A stretch of 64,000 nucleotides of DNA from a bacterium (GCA_030648955.1 JAUSHB010000010.1:13556-77555), one strand, 5' to 3'. Positions 1 to 8,912 are shown, numbered from the stretch's first letter. The notes: generated by a model not told the origin, from the sequence alone. Made by a program: numbers and translations.

Positions 1-467
1 AAAATAACTAAACTAAAATACGAAAAAAATAAATAATATCCGAATCCTGCTATTGCATAATATTTGAAAACATATTTCTCAACCATCGCACTTTCAAAAA
101 TCCCCGGGAAATACAGCCAGCCAAGCAAGTTAAGCACCCACACAACAGCACTGAAAAAATAGGTAACTAAAATAATTATTTTAGTTTTGCTATTCTTTAT
201 ATCCAAAAAAGCATACACAAAATGCAACCAAAAAGCAGGGAGCAAAACGGAGCCGCTTTCCATAAACCAACGCCAAAATAATGCGGACTCTTCTGTGGAA
301 GAAAGAGTTAAGAAATAAAAGCCAATACTCCAAATTGATCCGCAGAGTGATAAAAAGGCAAATCTCTTTCTTATGATTTTATCTTGCCCCTTAAAAATAA
401 TCGCAAGCGCAATAAGCGCAGAAGAAATTGCTCCGAGGAGAAAACTGGTCTGATAGTAAAACAACAT
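1..467 (-). CDS. membrane protein, N-terminal part; the gene runs off the window start
   Basis: ATG at 467-465, then an open frame on the minus strand with no stop through position 1 (>155 codons in AT-rich DNA). The translation MLFYYQTSFLLGAISSALIALAIIFKG... is strongly hydrophobic and multi-TM. It is absent from the ORF track only because it has no in-window stop. Confidence 0.5.
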   Translation of the reverse strand, partial: MLFYYQTSFLLGAISSALIALAIIFKGQDKIIRKRFAFLSLCGSIWSIGFYFLTLSSTEESALFWRWFMESGSVLLPAFWLHFVYAFLDIKNSKTKIIILVTYFFSAVVWVLNLLGWLYFPGIFESAMVEKYVFKYYAIAGFGYYLFFSYFSLVI

Positions 468-469
468 GC

Positions 470-1258
470 TCAAATTTTATAAGGTTGTGATAGGACTTCT
501 GTTGCCTGACGATAGTGCATATGTTTAAGAGGCTTGTCACTTAGCATTAAGTTCTTAAAATACGTATTCGATATTTCATGATTACCAAAATTATATTCGT
601 TATTTTTTGCACCTAAATTTCGTTCGGCAACATAGGCATCAACAACCATCTCAACTTTATGTAGCTCATTATTGTTAGCAAAAAAGGTATTATATTTTTT
701 ATCCTGCATTGGATGATATGTTTTGAACCCCTCCATTTTCATTGAAAATATCTGTTCTTCTGCACTATACGCATTTATTTTTACAAACGATTTATCGTTT
801 TCAATATCGATGGTAACTTTCTTATTAAACGTAGGGTATCCAAAAACATCTTTGGAATGTTGTATGCCGAGATCAGTGTTCATAATTAAAAGTAATGTAT
901 AAAAACCAAAGTTAGAAAACAAAGAATCAAAAAGCAATGGCAAGATAGGTATTTTCTTATCTATTGTGGATGGAACTGATAATGCAATTTCTCTGTAAGG
1001 TCCGACCGGAGCGTCCATGTAGTCAAAAACCGTCACCGCAAGTATGGCCACACCCGGAAAGATTTTCATCGGAAAGATTCTTTTATTCCCGATAAGTTGT
1101 TCTACCTTAGTGTAGGATGCAGGGAAAAAAGACATGGTTGCGGAAACTTTTCCGTAGACGGCGGGTACGTCTATCTCTACACCAGAAACATTTACAGAAT
1201 ATAATTTACTGATTTTTGGTCTCCTCAATATTAAACCCTGCTTATCTGTAAAACTCAT
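470..1258 (-). CDS. hypothetical protein (possibly an acetoacetate-decarboxylase-like fold)
   Basis: 262-aa ORF lying 2 nt upstream of the next minus-strand gene (operon-like). There is no firm motif; the ADC-like suggestion is weak. Confidence 0.5.
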   Translation of the reverse strand: MSFTDKQGLILRRPKISKLYSVNVSGVEIDVPAVYGKVSATMSFFPASYTKVEQLIGNKRIFPMKIFPGVAILAVTVFDYMDAPVGPYREIALSVPSTIDKKIPILPLLFDSLFSNFGFYTLLLIMNTDLGIQHSKDVFGYPTFNKKVTIDIENDKSFVKINAYSAEEQIFSMKMEGFKTYHPMQDKKYNTFFANNNELHKVEMVVDAYVAERNLGAKNNEYNFGNHEISNTYFKNLMLSDKPLKHMHYRQATEVLSQPYKI

Positions 1259-1394
1259 ATTTGTTAAATTACGACAAAATTTTTAACTTTCTTCCGATTG
1301 ACTTACAACATTATAAAAATCTGGTTGATTTTCATCATCATAGTATGCTTGATGGGTATATATAAGTATACCACTGAGTATGAGAGATGGTAAA

Positions 1395-1551
1395 AAAATA
1401 AAGGGGACTACGTTTGTAGTCCCCTTTTCACACTGCTGGTCATCGGTTAGATGTCCAGTTTGCCCTCCTTAGATCCCTTGACGAGAACCCGGAATTGGTC
1501 TTTTGACATTGCGATCGTATTGCCGAAGTCGTCGGTGACAACCACTTGCTT
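1395..1551. repeat. 157-bp direct repeat, copy A; one mismatch to copy B at 2579..2735
   Basis: The copy carries the hairpin AAAGGGGACTACGTTTGTAGTCCCCTTTT plus the last 35 codons (KQVVVTDDFGNTIAMSKDQFRVLVKGSKEGKLDI) of small gene 1447..1638. Confidence 0.9.
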
Positions 1552-1638
1552 ACCCGGATCAGCTGCGTCATCAAGATAGACTTCCGGACATTCCGGATCT
1601 TCGTGTGGGCATAATGTTATAAGGTGCTTTTTGCTCAT
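1447..1638 (-). CDS. small Cys-motif protein (CPHEDPECP), paralog of 2631..2897
   Basis: 63 aa with an N-terminal C-x5-C motif. Its C-terminal 35 aa are identical to the paralog. A perfect hairpin plus T-run terminator lies just downstream on the minus strand at 1398-1430. Confidence 0.5.
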   Translation of the reverse strand: MSKKHLITLCPHEDPECPEVYLDDAADPGKQVVVTDDFGNTIAMSKDQFRVLVKGSKEGKLDI

Positions 1639-1640
1639 AA

Positions 1641-2585
1641 ATGGCCTCCATTAAAGAGCTGGGTGTTGTCAAGACAATCTTAACAACTTCATTATTATAT
1701 TTCCAAATATTGCATAAAATGTCAAGTTCTTGTACACTAAGTGCATTAAAATCTCATGTTAAACATCTGGGACTCGTGCCTATAAAAAAAACATTAAAAA
1801 AAGACGGATTTAATAAGGACTATATTAAACTCGTCTATTCAACACTTCCCCAGAAACTTGCCGACCAGCAAGTTTCTTTCATAATCAAAAAATTTAAGTT
1901 AAAGAAAGGTATGAAAATTCTTGATGTTGGATGCGGTAATGGTAGACACTCTTTAGAGTTTGCACGGGAAGGATACTCAGTGACAGGAATTGATTCTTCG
2001 AAAGATTTGATTGTGCTTGCAAAGAGGAATGCCCGAAAAGAAAAACTAACTATTAAATTTACCCAAAAAGATATGCTGTCACTTCCCTTTATTGAAGAAT
2101 TTGACGCAGTTATAAGTATATTTTCATTTGGTTTTCTTACTAAAAGAGACAATCATAAAATTGCAGTGGGAAAGCTTGCCCGTTCACTGAAAAAGGGAGG
2201 AAGGCTAATACTAGCAACAGGAAATTCTTTATTAAAAATTAAAAACGCAAGAAAGAATTGGATAAAAAATAAAAAGACTAGCTTAATTACAAATATCTCA
2301 AAAAAAATATTAGGCGATGGAATAGTAACTACCACAAAAGAAGTAGTTGATATTGTGTCAATGAAACAAGTGGTTGAGAGCACGTGGAAAGAAGGCGGGA
2401 AGATACATGTGCTAATGTCAACGATGCATCTTTTTACGCCCAATGAGATAAAAAAAATATTAACTGAGAGTGGATTACGTGTCGTGGGCATGTGGAGTGA
2501 TTTTGATAATTCTCATTTCTCACATAATTCTAAAAAACTTATTATTTCAGCAATTAAAAAAGAGTTGCCAGATAATATTAAATAA
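1641..2585 (+). CDS. class I SAM-dependent methyltransferase
   Basis: Motif I is ILDVGCGNGRHS, followed by the acidic-loop and post-I motifs typical of the Rossmann-fold methyltransferase family. The true start is probably downstream (for example the ATG at 1719), because 1641 lies only 2 nt from the divergent minus-strand start. Confidence 0.75.
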   Translation: MASIKELGVVKTILTTSLLYFQILHKMSSSCTLSALKSHVKHLGLVPIKKTLKKDGFNKDYIKLVYSTLPQKLADQQVSFIIKKFKLKKGMKILDVGCGNGRHSLEFAREGYSVTGIDSSKDLIVLAKRNARKEKLTIKFTQKDMLSLPFIEEFDAVISIFSFGFLTKRDNHKIAVGKLARSLKKGGRLILATGNSLLKIKNARKNWIKNKKTSLITNISKKILGDGIVTTTKEVVDIVSMKQVVESTWKEGGKIHVLMSTMHLFTPNEIKKILTESGLRVVGMWSDFDNSHFSHNSKKLIISAIKKELPDNIK

Positions 2586-2735
2586 AGGGGACTACGTTTG
2601 TAGTCCCCTTTTCACACTGCTGGTCATCGGTTAGATGTCCAGCTTGCCCTCCTTAGATCCCTTGACGAGAACCCGGAATTGGTCTTTTGACATTGCGATC
2701 GTATTGCCGAAGTCGTCGGTGACAACCACTTGCTT
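2579..2735. repeat. 157-bp direct repeat, copy B
   Basis: Identical to 1395..1551 except for one base (ccagTttgcc versus ccagCttgcc). Confidence 0.9.
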
Positions 2736-2897
2736 TGTAGACTCTGCAGTGTTGTCCGTGAAAATCTGTGGGCAACCATCGCACTTATCACCACATAAGG
2801 TCATGACAAGTTGCTTTTCTTTGCTATTCATATAAAGAACCTCGCTTTGATCTGTTACCAGGACAATCCCAGCAACCCTATTTTTAATGTACAGCAT
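2631..2897 (-). CDS. small Cys-motif protein (CGDKCDGCP), paralog of 1447..1638
   Basis: 88-aa ORF (the start may be an internal Met). It has a C-x3-C-x2-C motif followed by the shared C-terminal 35 aa and the same terminator hairpin. Confidence 0.5.
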   Translation of the reverse strand: MLYIKNRVAGIVLVTDQSEVLYMNSKEKQLVMTLCGDKCDGCPQIFTDNTAESTKQVVVTDDFGNTIAMSKDQFRVLVKGSKEGKLDI

Positions 2898-3032
2898 GAA
2901 AAAATTATGTCAACAGGCAATGGAAAATGGGCGTACGTATGGAAAAAACAATTTAAAAAGGATAGCCGTAGAAATACTTTCGGTCGTAAAGAAGGAGGCG
3001 AGACTTGTGGATACAATAAAAATCTATCGTCG

Positions 3033-4238
3033 TTACGACAAAATTTTTAATTCCTTTCCAATTAATTCACAACACTTTATAAGATACGCGATTTGATCAT
3101 TTGAATGTGTTGACATAACTGTTAATCTAAGTCTTGCTCGATGTTTAGGAACCGCGGGCCATCTTACACAAGGAGCGTAGATACCTTTATCAAGCAACAT
3201 TCTCGAAAACTCAATTGCTTGTTCGTCTTCTCCTATTAACACAGGAACAATTTGAGTTTGACTCCCCAATGTATCAAAACCAAGTGTATTTAATTTTGCC
3301 CTTAAATCATCTGATTTTTTATTTAATAAAACCCTCAGATTAGGTTCTGATTCTATAACCTCTAGAGAAGTAATGAGTGAAGCTGACACAGCGGGCGGTA
3401 GAGCTGCTGAAAATATATATGGTCTGCTTGCTATTCTTAAATATTTGATTAAATTTTTACTTCCCACTACAAATCCGCCAACTGAAGATAGTGCCTTGCT
3501 ATGTGTTCCCATTACAATATCAACATCAGTAGTTGGTTTTAAGTTAAAGTGCTCAAGTGTGCCGTGGCCATTTTTTCCAATCACTCCGGTGGCATGCGCT
3601 TCATCTACCATCAATAAAGAATTATATTTTTTGCATAAAGTTACTATTTTATCTAAGGGTGCTATATCACCCTCCATACTAAATACACCGTCAGTTACAA
3701 CTAATTTTCTTCTGTGTTTAAATTTTTTGAGCTTCTTTTCTAAATCATTCATATCACAATGCTTATAGACGACGACTTTTTGTCCGCTCGCTTTTGCACC
3801 ATCAACGATACTTGCATGATTCAAATCATCGCTTAGTATGACGCTTCTTCTCCTAAAAAAATCATATGGTCCAACCTTGAAGGGATTCATGACGGCGGAA
3901 ATAACACCAAGATTCGTTTGATACCCCGTAGAAAAAACAATTGCGTCTTCTCCCCCTTTAAATTTAGCTATAGCTAGTTCATACTCTCTGTGTACCTGTA
4001 AATTTCCTGACAACATCCTAGAACCTCCTGACCCGACTCCGTATTTCTTTGTAGCTTCAATTGCGGCTGCAACAACTTTTGGGTGCGTAGCTAGTCCAAG
4101 ATAGTTATTTGAAGAAAACATCAGTACCTTTTTTCCATTTATGATAACTTCTGGTTCCGCAGCCCCATCAATTACATGCAAATCGGGATAGAGATGGTGC
4201 TCCTCCACATACTGCATAATATCTTCGATACGTTTCAT
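3033..4238 (-). CDS. PLP-dependent acyltransferase of the glycine C-acetyltransferase (KBL) / 8-amino-7-oxononanoate synthase family
   Basis: 401 aa with the class-II aminotransferase fold. The lysine motif GTHSKALSSVGG and the FSSNNYLGL region are typical of KBL/BioF/SPT enzymes. Confidence 0.85.
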   Translation of the reverse strand: MKRIEDIMQYVEEHHLYPDLHVIDGAAEPEVIINGKKVLMFSSNNYLGLATHPKVVAAAIEATKKYGVGSGGSRMLSGNLQVHREYELAIAKFKGGEDAIVFSTGYQTNLGVISAVMNPFKVGPYDFFRRRSVILSDDLNHASIVDGAKASGQKVVVYKHCDMNDLEKKLKKFKHRRKLVVTDGVFSMEGDIAPLDKIVTLCKKYNSLLMVDEAHATGVIGKNGHGTLEHFNLKPTTDVDIVMGTHSKALSSVGGFVVGSKNLIKYLRIASRPYIFSAALPPAVSASLITSLEVIESEPNLRVLLNKKSDDLRAKLNTLGFDTLGSQTQIVPVLIGEDEQAIEFSRMLLDKGIYAPCVRWPAVPKHRARLRLTVMSTHSNDQIAYLIKCCELIGKELKILS

Positions 4239-4283
4239 ATACTTTTTGGACTATATTAAAACAGTCAAAATGAGTCTACTACA

Positions 4284-4334
4284 CCCCCAGAATACCAAAA
4301 ATCCCCCGATTTTTCAATGGGTTTGTGGGGATAT
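4284..4334 (-). promoter_or_regulatory. R-repeat copy 1 (promoter/operator-like), 46 nt upstream of the kbl-like start
   Basis: The minus strand reads TTGAAA-17 nt-TATTCT, with the spacer palindrome AAAAATC-GGGG-GATTTTT. It is one of six copies. Confidence 0.5.
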
Positions 4335-4398
4335 TGAGTTTAAGCCCTTGCTTTTTATATTTCAGACCCCACATAATCAATATGTTATAATTAAACCT

Positions 4399-4830
4399 AT
4401 GAAATTAGAAAATATAAAATACTCGACGGATATCAAAGAACTCCAAGGATGTAAATTAGGAATTTTTTTTGAAGGATGGGAAATTAAACCTTCAGATCAA
4501 GTATTTCGGGATTCATTGAAAAATTCATATAAGGTTATTTGTGCCATCGACACAGAAAAAAATATGATCATTGGCTACATAACCGCTATTTCAGATGGCG
4601 TACTAAGTTCTTATATCCCCTTTCTTGAAGTTGATAAGCGCTACCAAAAACAAGGTATAGGTAGTGCTCTATTTAAAAAAATGCTCGAAGAATTAGGTGA
4701 ATTATACATGACCGACCTTGTTTGCGATGAAGAAAAAGCCGGCTTCTATGAGAAAGCCGGCATGATAAGATGGAACGCAATGATTATTCGTCGCTTTAAA
4801 CACCAAGGTGGTGTTCGGCGCAAGGATTAA
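4399..4830 (+). CDS. GNAT family N-acetyltransferase
   Basis: Acetyl-CoA binding motif QKQGIGSALFKKMLEEL. The ORF-track start at 4246 is an artefact of translating R-repeat copy 1; the first plausible ATG is at 4399 (MKLENIKY...). Confidence 0.7.
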   Translation: MKLENIKYSTDIKELQGCKLGIFFEGWEIKPSDQVFRDSLKNSYKVICAIDTEKNMIIGYITAISDGVLSSYIPFLEVDKRYQKQGIGSALFKKMLEELGELYMTDLVCDEEKAGFYEKAGMIRWNAMIIRRFKHQGGVRRKD

Positions 4831-4929
4831 GCAGCTACTTGGAGTGCCTTTTCAGCGTCCTTGAGGGTAATGTCCCCGTTGGCGAGTAGGCGTGCAAAAC
4901 TGAAGATGATGATTGATTCAAGCTGACTC

Positions 4930-5640
4930 TTGAACTCTTCTTCGTGGTTTTTGTGTTTTAGGCAACCTGAATTTGGAAGTCCTGCTTCCAAATTCACTCA
5001 AGTAGTTAAAAGCTTGAGGGACTTTTTTAAAAAATTATTAGTATATGATATGAATACATTTTTACATTCTCAAAATCCAAATATTAAACCGCTTGAATTT
5101 ATTGAGAAAGTTCTTAGTTTTTGTGATACAGGAAATGCTTTAGATCTAGGTGCTGGAACAGGGAGAAATGCAATATTCCTTGCGAAAAAAGGATTTAAGG
5201 TTGTTGCACTTGATTTATCTGGACAATCTGTGGATGAACTTACTCAATACTCTGCGCGTGAAGGTTTGTCATTGAAAACTTTCGTGTATAATCTTGCCAC
5301 AAATACACCTGATTTTTCAAATTACAACATAATTTTATTTACGTTTATACTCCATTATATTTCTAAGGAGAGAGGAGAAGAATTGATTGCTACTGCCCAA
5401 AAACAGGCTAACACGGGGACTATTCACGCGCTGGCTGTTATTACTACGGAAGGAGATTTTTTTGCTAAGGAAACCCAAAAGAAGAATTTTTATCTTGAAC
5501 CGGGGAATCTTGCAAAAAAATATGAGAAAGAGGGGTGGACAGTATTATCGTCGTTTGAAGAAAATCGGGCTATGGCAATAAAGAATGCGGATGGAACTCA
5601 GATGAAAAATTTGGTGTCATTTTTGATTGCAAGAAAATAA
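4930..5640 (+). CDS. SAM-dependent methyltransferase, TehB-like
   Basis: Motif LDLGAGTGRNAIFLAKKGFKVVALDLS. The start may be the internal ATG at 5050. Confidence 0.75.
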   Translation: MNSSSWFLCFRQPEFGSPASKFTQVVKSLRDFFKKLLVYDMNTFLHSQNPNIKPLEFIEKVLSFCDTGNALDLGAGTGRNAIFLAKKGFKVVALDLSGQSVDELTQYSAREGLSLKTFVYNLATNTPDFSNYNIILFTFILHYISKERGEELIATAQKQANTGTIHALAVITTEGDFFAKETQKKNFYLEPGNLAKKYEKEGWTVLSSFEENRAMAIKNADGTQMKNLVSFLIARK

Positions 5641-5649
5641 CAAAGGATA

Positions 5650-5690
5650 AGGAGGTCAGCAAGAGAGGTTTCACCTCCTTACAGCGTTTT
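5650..5690. terminator. hairpin GGAGGT...ACCTCC followed by a T-rich run
   Basis: AGGAGGTCAGCAAGAGAGGTTTCACCTCCTTACAGCGTTTT lies directly after the 4930..5640 stop. It is also the first structure downstream of R-repeat copy 2 on the minus strand. Confidence 0.5.
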
Positions 5691-5717
5691 ACATAAAAAT
5701 TTTAACAAAGAATCTTA

Positions 5718-5768
5718 CCCCCAGAATACCAAAAATCCCCCGATTTTTCAATGGGTTTGTGGGGATAT
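5718..5768 (-). promoter_or_regulatory. R-repeat copy 2, between two convergent genes with no obvious target gene
   Basis: Identical to copy 1 over about 50 nt. Confidence 0.45.
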
Positions 5769-5795
5769 GTTACTTATTTAGAGCTGTGTCTGAAT

Positions 5796-7829
5796 TTAAA
5801 TTTTTAGATCTAAATTTTGAGCAAAAAACGTAAGCAAAAGAGTCTGACTTTCAACAATTTTCTTTATTGGCTTACCTGGACCATGCCCGGTTTCCATTTC
5901 TGTAAAAATCAGCACTGTGTTCTTTTTATTAACGGATTGTAGCATGGCGGTCATTTTTCGTGCATGAAGTGGATCGACACGAGTATCCTTACTTGCTGTT
6001 GTAAAAAGGAAGGAAGGATATTCAACTCCCTCTTTCACGTTGTGGTATGGACTCCACTTTAAAATTCTTTGCAGATCTTCTTTTACTTCGGGGTTACCGT
6101 ATTCATGGACCCAACGAGATGCAATACCAAACAAGGGAAATCTAACCATATCAATTAATGGAACTCGAGAACAAACTGCTTTAAATAATTCTGGTCGCTG
6201 AACGGCAACCGCAGAAACCAATAAACCGCCGTTACTTCCTCCCAAAATACCAAGATGATCTCGGTCGGTATACTTTTCTTGAATAAGATATTCGGCGGCG
6301 GCAATAAAATCATCAAAAGAATTTTGTTTATTTTCTTTCATGCCATCTTTGTGCCATTTTTCACCAAATTCACCGCCACCTCGAATATTCGCAATAACAT
6401 AAATGCCTCCACGCTCCATCCATGACACGAAGCCTCTCATAAACCCTGGTGTGTTGAGGTCTGCAAAACCACCGTACCCATAGAGGATAGTAGGATTAAC
6501 TCCATCAACAGATATATTTTTCTTGTGAAAAATAAAAAGGGGTACTCTAGTTCCGTCTTTGGACTGATACCATTCCTGCTTGGTAACATAATCATTTGGG
6601 TTTATTGGGTTATCTGTTTTTCGGTATACCTCAAACTTATTTTCAATTGGAGAATATCGATATGTTATTTTAGGAAAAGTAAACGAATCAACGCCATAAA
6701 AAAACTCATCTTCTTCAATGTTCCTAGAAATTCCGGCGAGACTCGAATACGGAGGAAGTGGTATTTCGCCGATTTCTTTACCACTATGGTCAAACATTAC
6801 CACCTTTGAACAAGCATCAACAAGATAAGTTACGATTATTTTAGTTTTTGTAGTAGTTTCTGACTGCAAAAGATATTTCCGCTCTGGAATTAATTCTTCC
6901 CAGTCTTCAGTCGGAGTAAATAGATTTATGATAGGAACCGAAAGGATTCTAAAATTATTTGCATTATAATTAGTACCTACAATTACTTTATCTTCTAAAA
7001 ACTTGAGTGAAAATTTCGCAGGCATACCAACTACAAAAGGTTTTGTTTGCTTAGTATCCCTATCGTAAATATAAATATCGTTTTCAGTCCATGTTACCGC
7101 TGATGAAATTGCCAAATATCGTCCATCCATTGAAATAGTAATACCGAGCATATCATCTTTTGGACGATCTTTACCGAAAATAAGTTCATCGTTATTTGGA
7201 TTATCACCAATTTTATGAAAATAGATTTTTGTATGAAGATGTTCCTCGTTTTTAGGAACAGTACCAGGTTCGGGGTTCTTCGTATAGAAAAAACCGGAGT
7301 CATCAGGAAGCCAACTTATTTGGGAATGTCTGCACCGAGGAATTTGTTCTGATAGATTTATACCAGTATCCACTCCCTTTATGTACATTATTGCCATCTC
7401 ATCACCTCCCTGCGAAAGACCATATGCGAGATATTTACCAGTTCGAGATACCGACCAAAAAGCGATATTGATCGTATTGTCATCCCTCATCCCATTAGGA
7501 TCTACAAGTTTAACGGGGTTGCCATTTATTCCAGTTCTCACATAAAGTGCGGATTGGTCCTCGTCCGGTTGGCGCTCGCTATAAAAATACTTTCCCCTAA
7601 CAGGAATAGGATTTGAAAAATTAACAACCTTAAAATTCTTAACGAGTTCGTTAGAGAATATTTCAAAATTTTCATTTCGTAGGAAGGAATCAGTATAGGA
7701 ATTTTGAGATTCAACCCATTCCTTTGTTTCAGAACTTTTTGCATCTTCAAGCCAACGGTATGGATCAGATATTGAAATGCCATTAATAGAATCAATGATG
7801 TTATCTTTTTTAGTTTGTGGAATTTTCAT
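5796..7829 (-). CDS. prolyl oligopeptidase (S9A family serine peptidase)
   Basis: 677 aa with a beta-propeller N-terminal half and a C-terminal alpha/beta hydrolase. Catalytic serine motif GGSNGGLLV, plus YGYGGF. Confidence 0.85.
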   Translation of the reverse strand: MKIPQTKKDNIIDSINGISISDPYRWLEDAKSSETKEWVESQNSYTDSFLRNENFEIFSNELVKNFKVVNFSNPIPVRGKYFYSERQPDEDQSALYVRTGINGNPVKLVDPNGMRDDNTINIAFWSVSRTGKYLAYGLSQGGDEMAIMYIKGVDTGINLSEQIPRCRHSQISWLPDDSGFFYTKNPEPGTVPKNEEHLHTKIYFHKIGDNPNNDELIFGKDRPKDDMLGITISMDGRYLAISSAVTWTENDIYIYDRDTKQTKPFVVGMPAKFSLKFLEDKVIVGTNYNANNFRILSVPIINLFTPTEDWEELIPERKYLLQSETTTKTKIIVTYLVDACSKVVMFDHSGKEIGEIPLPPYSSLAGISRNIEEDEFFYGVDSFTFPKITYRYSPIENKFEVYRKTDNPINPNDYVTKQEWYQSKDGTRVPLFIFHKKNISVDGVNPTILYGYGGFADLNTPGFMRGFVSWMERGGIYVIANIRGGGEFGEKWHKDGMKENKQNSFDDFIAAAEYLIQEKYTDRDHLGILGGSNGGLLVSAVAVQRPELFKAVCSRVPLIDMVRFPLFGIASRWVHEYGNPEVKEDLQRILKWSPYHNVKEGVEYPSFLFTTASKDTRVDPLHARKMTAMLQSVNKKNTVLIFTEMETGHGPGKPIKKIVESQTLLLTFFAQNLDLKI

Positions 7830-7832
7830 TGT

Positions 7833-8048
7833 TTAGCGCAGGTCCTTAAGCGAAGAAAGCTTCTTCCCTTTTCCGTGTTCAAATTGCTCTCGGTCTCTTT
7901 TTAGAGACGCAGTAAAATTTCGTGCTTTTTGCTCACGCAAAAGATGGCGAAAAAATTCACTCGTGGAAGAAAACCCCCCTATCCTCACCTCTTTTCGGAT
8001 TTCTTTGGCGGTTATTTCGGGAACAGAAATATTAATGATGGTACGCAT
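7833..8048 (-). CDS. ribbon-helix-helix (CopG/ParD-like) DNA-binding protein
   Basis: 71 aa. ...TSEFFRHLLREQKA resembles RHH antitoxin/repressor sequences. Its stop lies 3 nt from the peptidase start. Confidence 0.5.
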   Translation of the reverse strand: MRTIINISVPEITAKEIRKEVRIGGFSSTSEFFRHLLREQKARNFTASLKRDREQFEHGKGKKLSSLKDLR

Positions 8049-8062
8049 GATTGTGTATTATT

Positions 8063-8083
8063 TTGTAATAATTTGTATTACAA
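8063..8083. promoter_or_regulatory. perfect 8-bp inverted repeat TTGTAATA-N5-TATTACAA overlapping the RHH gene start region
   Basis: It lies 15-35 nt upstream of the 8048 ATG and overlaps TATATT/TATTAT -10-like hexamers. This is a typical RHH autoregulation operator arrangement. Confidence 0.45.
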
Positions 8084-8147
8084 TATAATACTACCTTCGT
8101 AAGCAGATACTGTCAAGATGTATTATCTCTATACGTTCCAAATACCA

Positions 8148-8184
8148 AAAATTCCCCGGTTTTTCAATGACTTTGTGGGGATAT
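8148..8184 (-). promoter_or_regulatory. R-repeat copy 3 (variant), about 90 nt upstream of the RHH start
   Basis: ccaaataccaaaaattccccggtttttcaatgactttgtggggatat. Confidence 0.45.
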
Positions 8185-8288
8185 TGGAGTAGCTACATAT
8201 ACTGAAATTTTACTTGACAGTAATAGTCCGCATACTATATACTTAAAGCACTAAACGTGAACGGCATCCTATATGGGTGCCGTTCTTG

Positions 8289-8912
8289 TTATCTCCTTTT
8301 TAATCGTTCACGAAGATATTCAAAATCCCTAAAATTACTCCCGGCGAATTGACGAATTTCTTTTGCAGTTCTCGGCCCCCTCGCTAGAACAATAACCTCC
8401 TTTTTTATTTCTCTAAGATACTTAAGCACGGGCAAGAAATCACCATCACCAGAAAGTACGACGATGCGATCAAATTTATCTCGTTCCTTCATAAGATAAA
8501 ATGCCATATCTACATCACAGTTCGCTTTTCGTTTTGTTGTTCCATCTTCCTGGTCATACAACTTCACTGGCTTAAGGAATAATTGATACCCGAACTGTTC
8601 AAGTCTCAGGTAAAATCTTGTTCTTTGTAGGTGTCTACCGATCAAAAGAATGTCAGCCTCATTAAGTTCTTTTCCGCTGTTCTGCAATAATCCAAGAAGA
8701 TGTTTTTCGAGGGATTTTAGCGGAACGGTTTCATTTGTTTGATAATTATATTTAAAATTATGAACTTCAACACCTCCGAAGTAGAGTGTTTTCTTGACAT
8801 CATATTTTTCTTGTAGATACTCTAGTAGTTTTTCGTAATCTATCTTCCACCCTAAACTTTTTTCTCCACCATAAAAGAGATTTGACGCATCAATAAAAGC
8901 AAAAGTTTTCAT
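8289..8912 (-). CDS. NYN-domain (LabA-like, PIN-fold) protein
   Basis: FIDASNLFYGG ... VVLSGDGDFLPVLKYL matches the NYN / LabA family. Confidence 0.75.
   Translation of the reverse strand: MKTFAFIDASNLFYGGEKSLGWKIDYEKLLEYLQEKYDVKKTLYFGGVEVHNFKYNYQTNETVPLKSLEKHLLGLLQNSGKELNEADILLIGRHLQRTRFYLRLEQFGYQLFLKPVKLYDQEDGTTKRKANCDVDMAFYLMKERDKFDRIVVLSGDGDFLPVLKYLREIKKEVIVLARGPRTAKEIRQFAGSNFRDFEYLRERLKRR

Noticed and set aside
1835-2491. Minus-strand ORFs 1835..2152 and 2153..2491 inside the methyltransferase gene
   Set aside because: They lie antisense within a gene that has clear methyltransferase motifs. They are hydrophobic and low-complexity, as expected for shadow frames of AT-rich coding DNA.
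4246-4398. N-terminal 51 aa of ORF-track entry 4246..4830
   Set aside because: The region is entirely the translation of R-repeat copy 1 and the divergent promoter region. The first credible start is the ATG at 4399.
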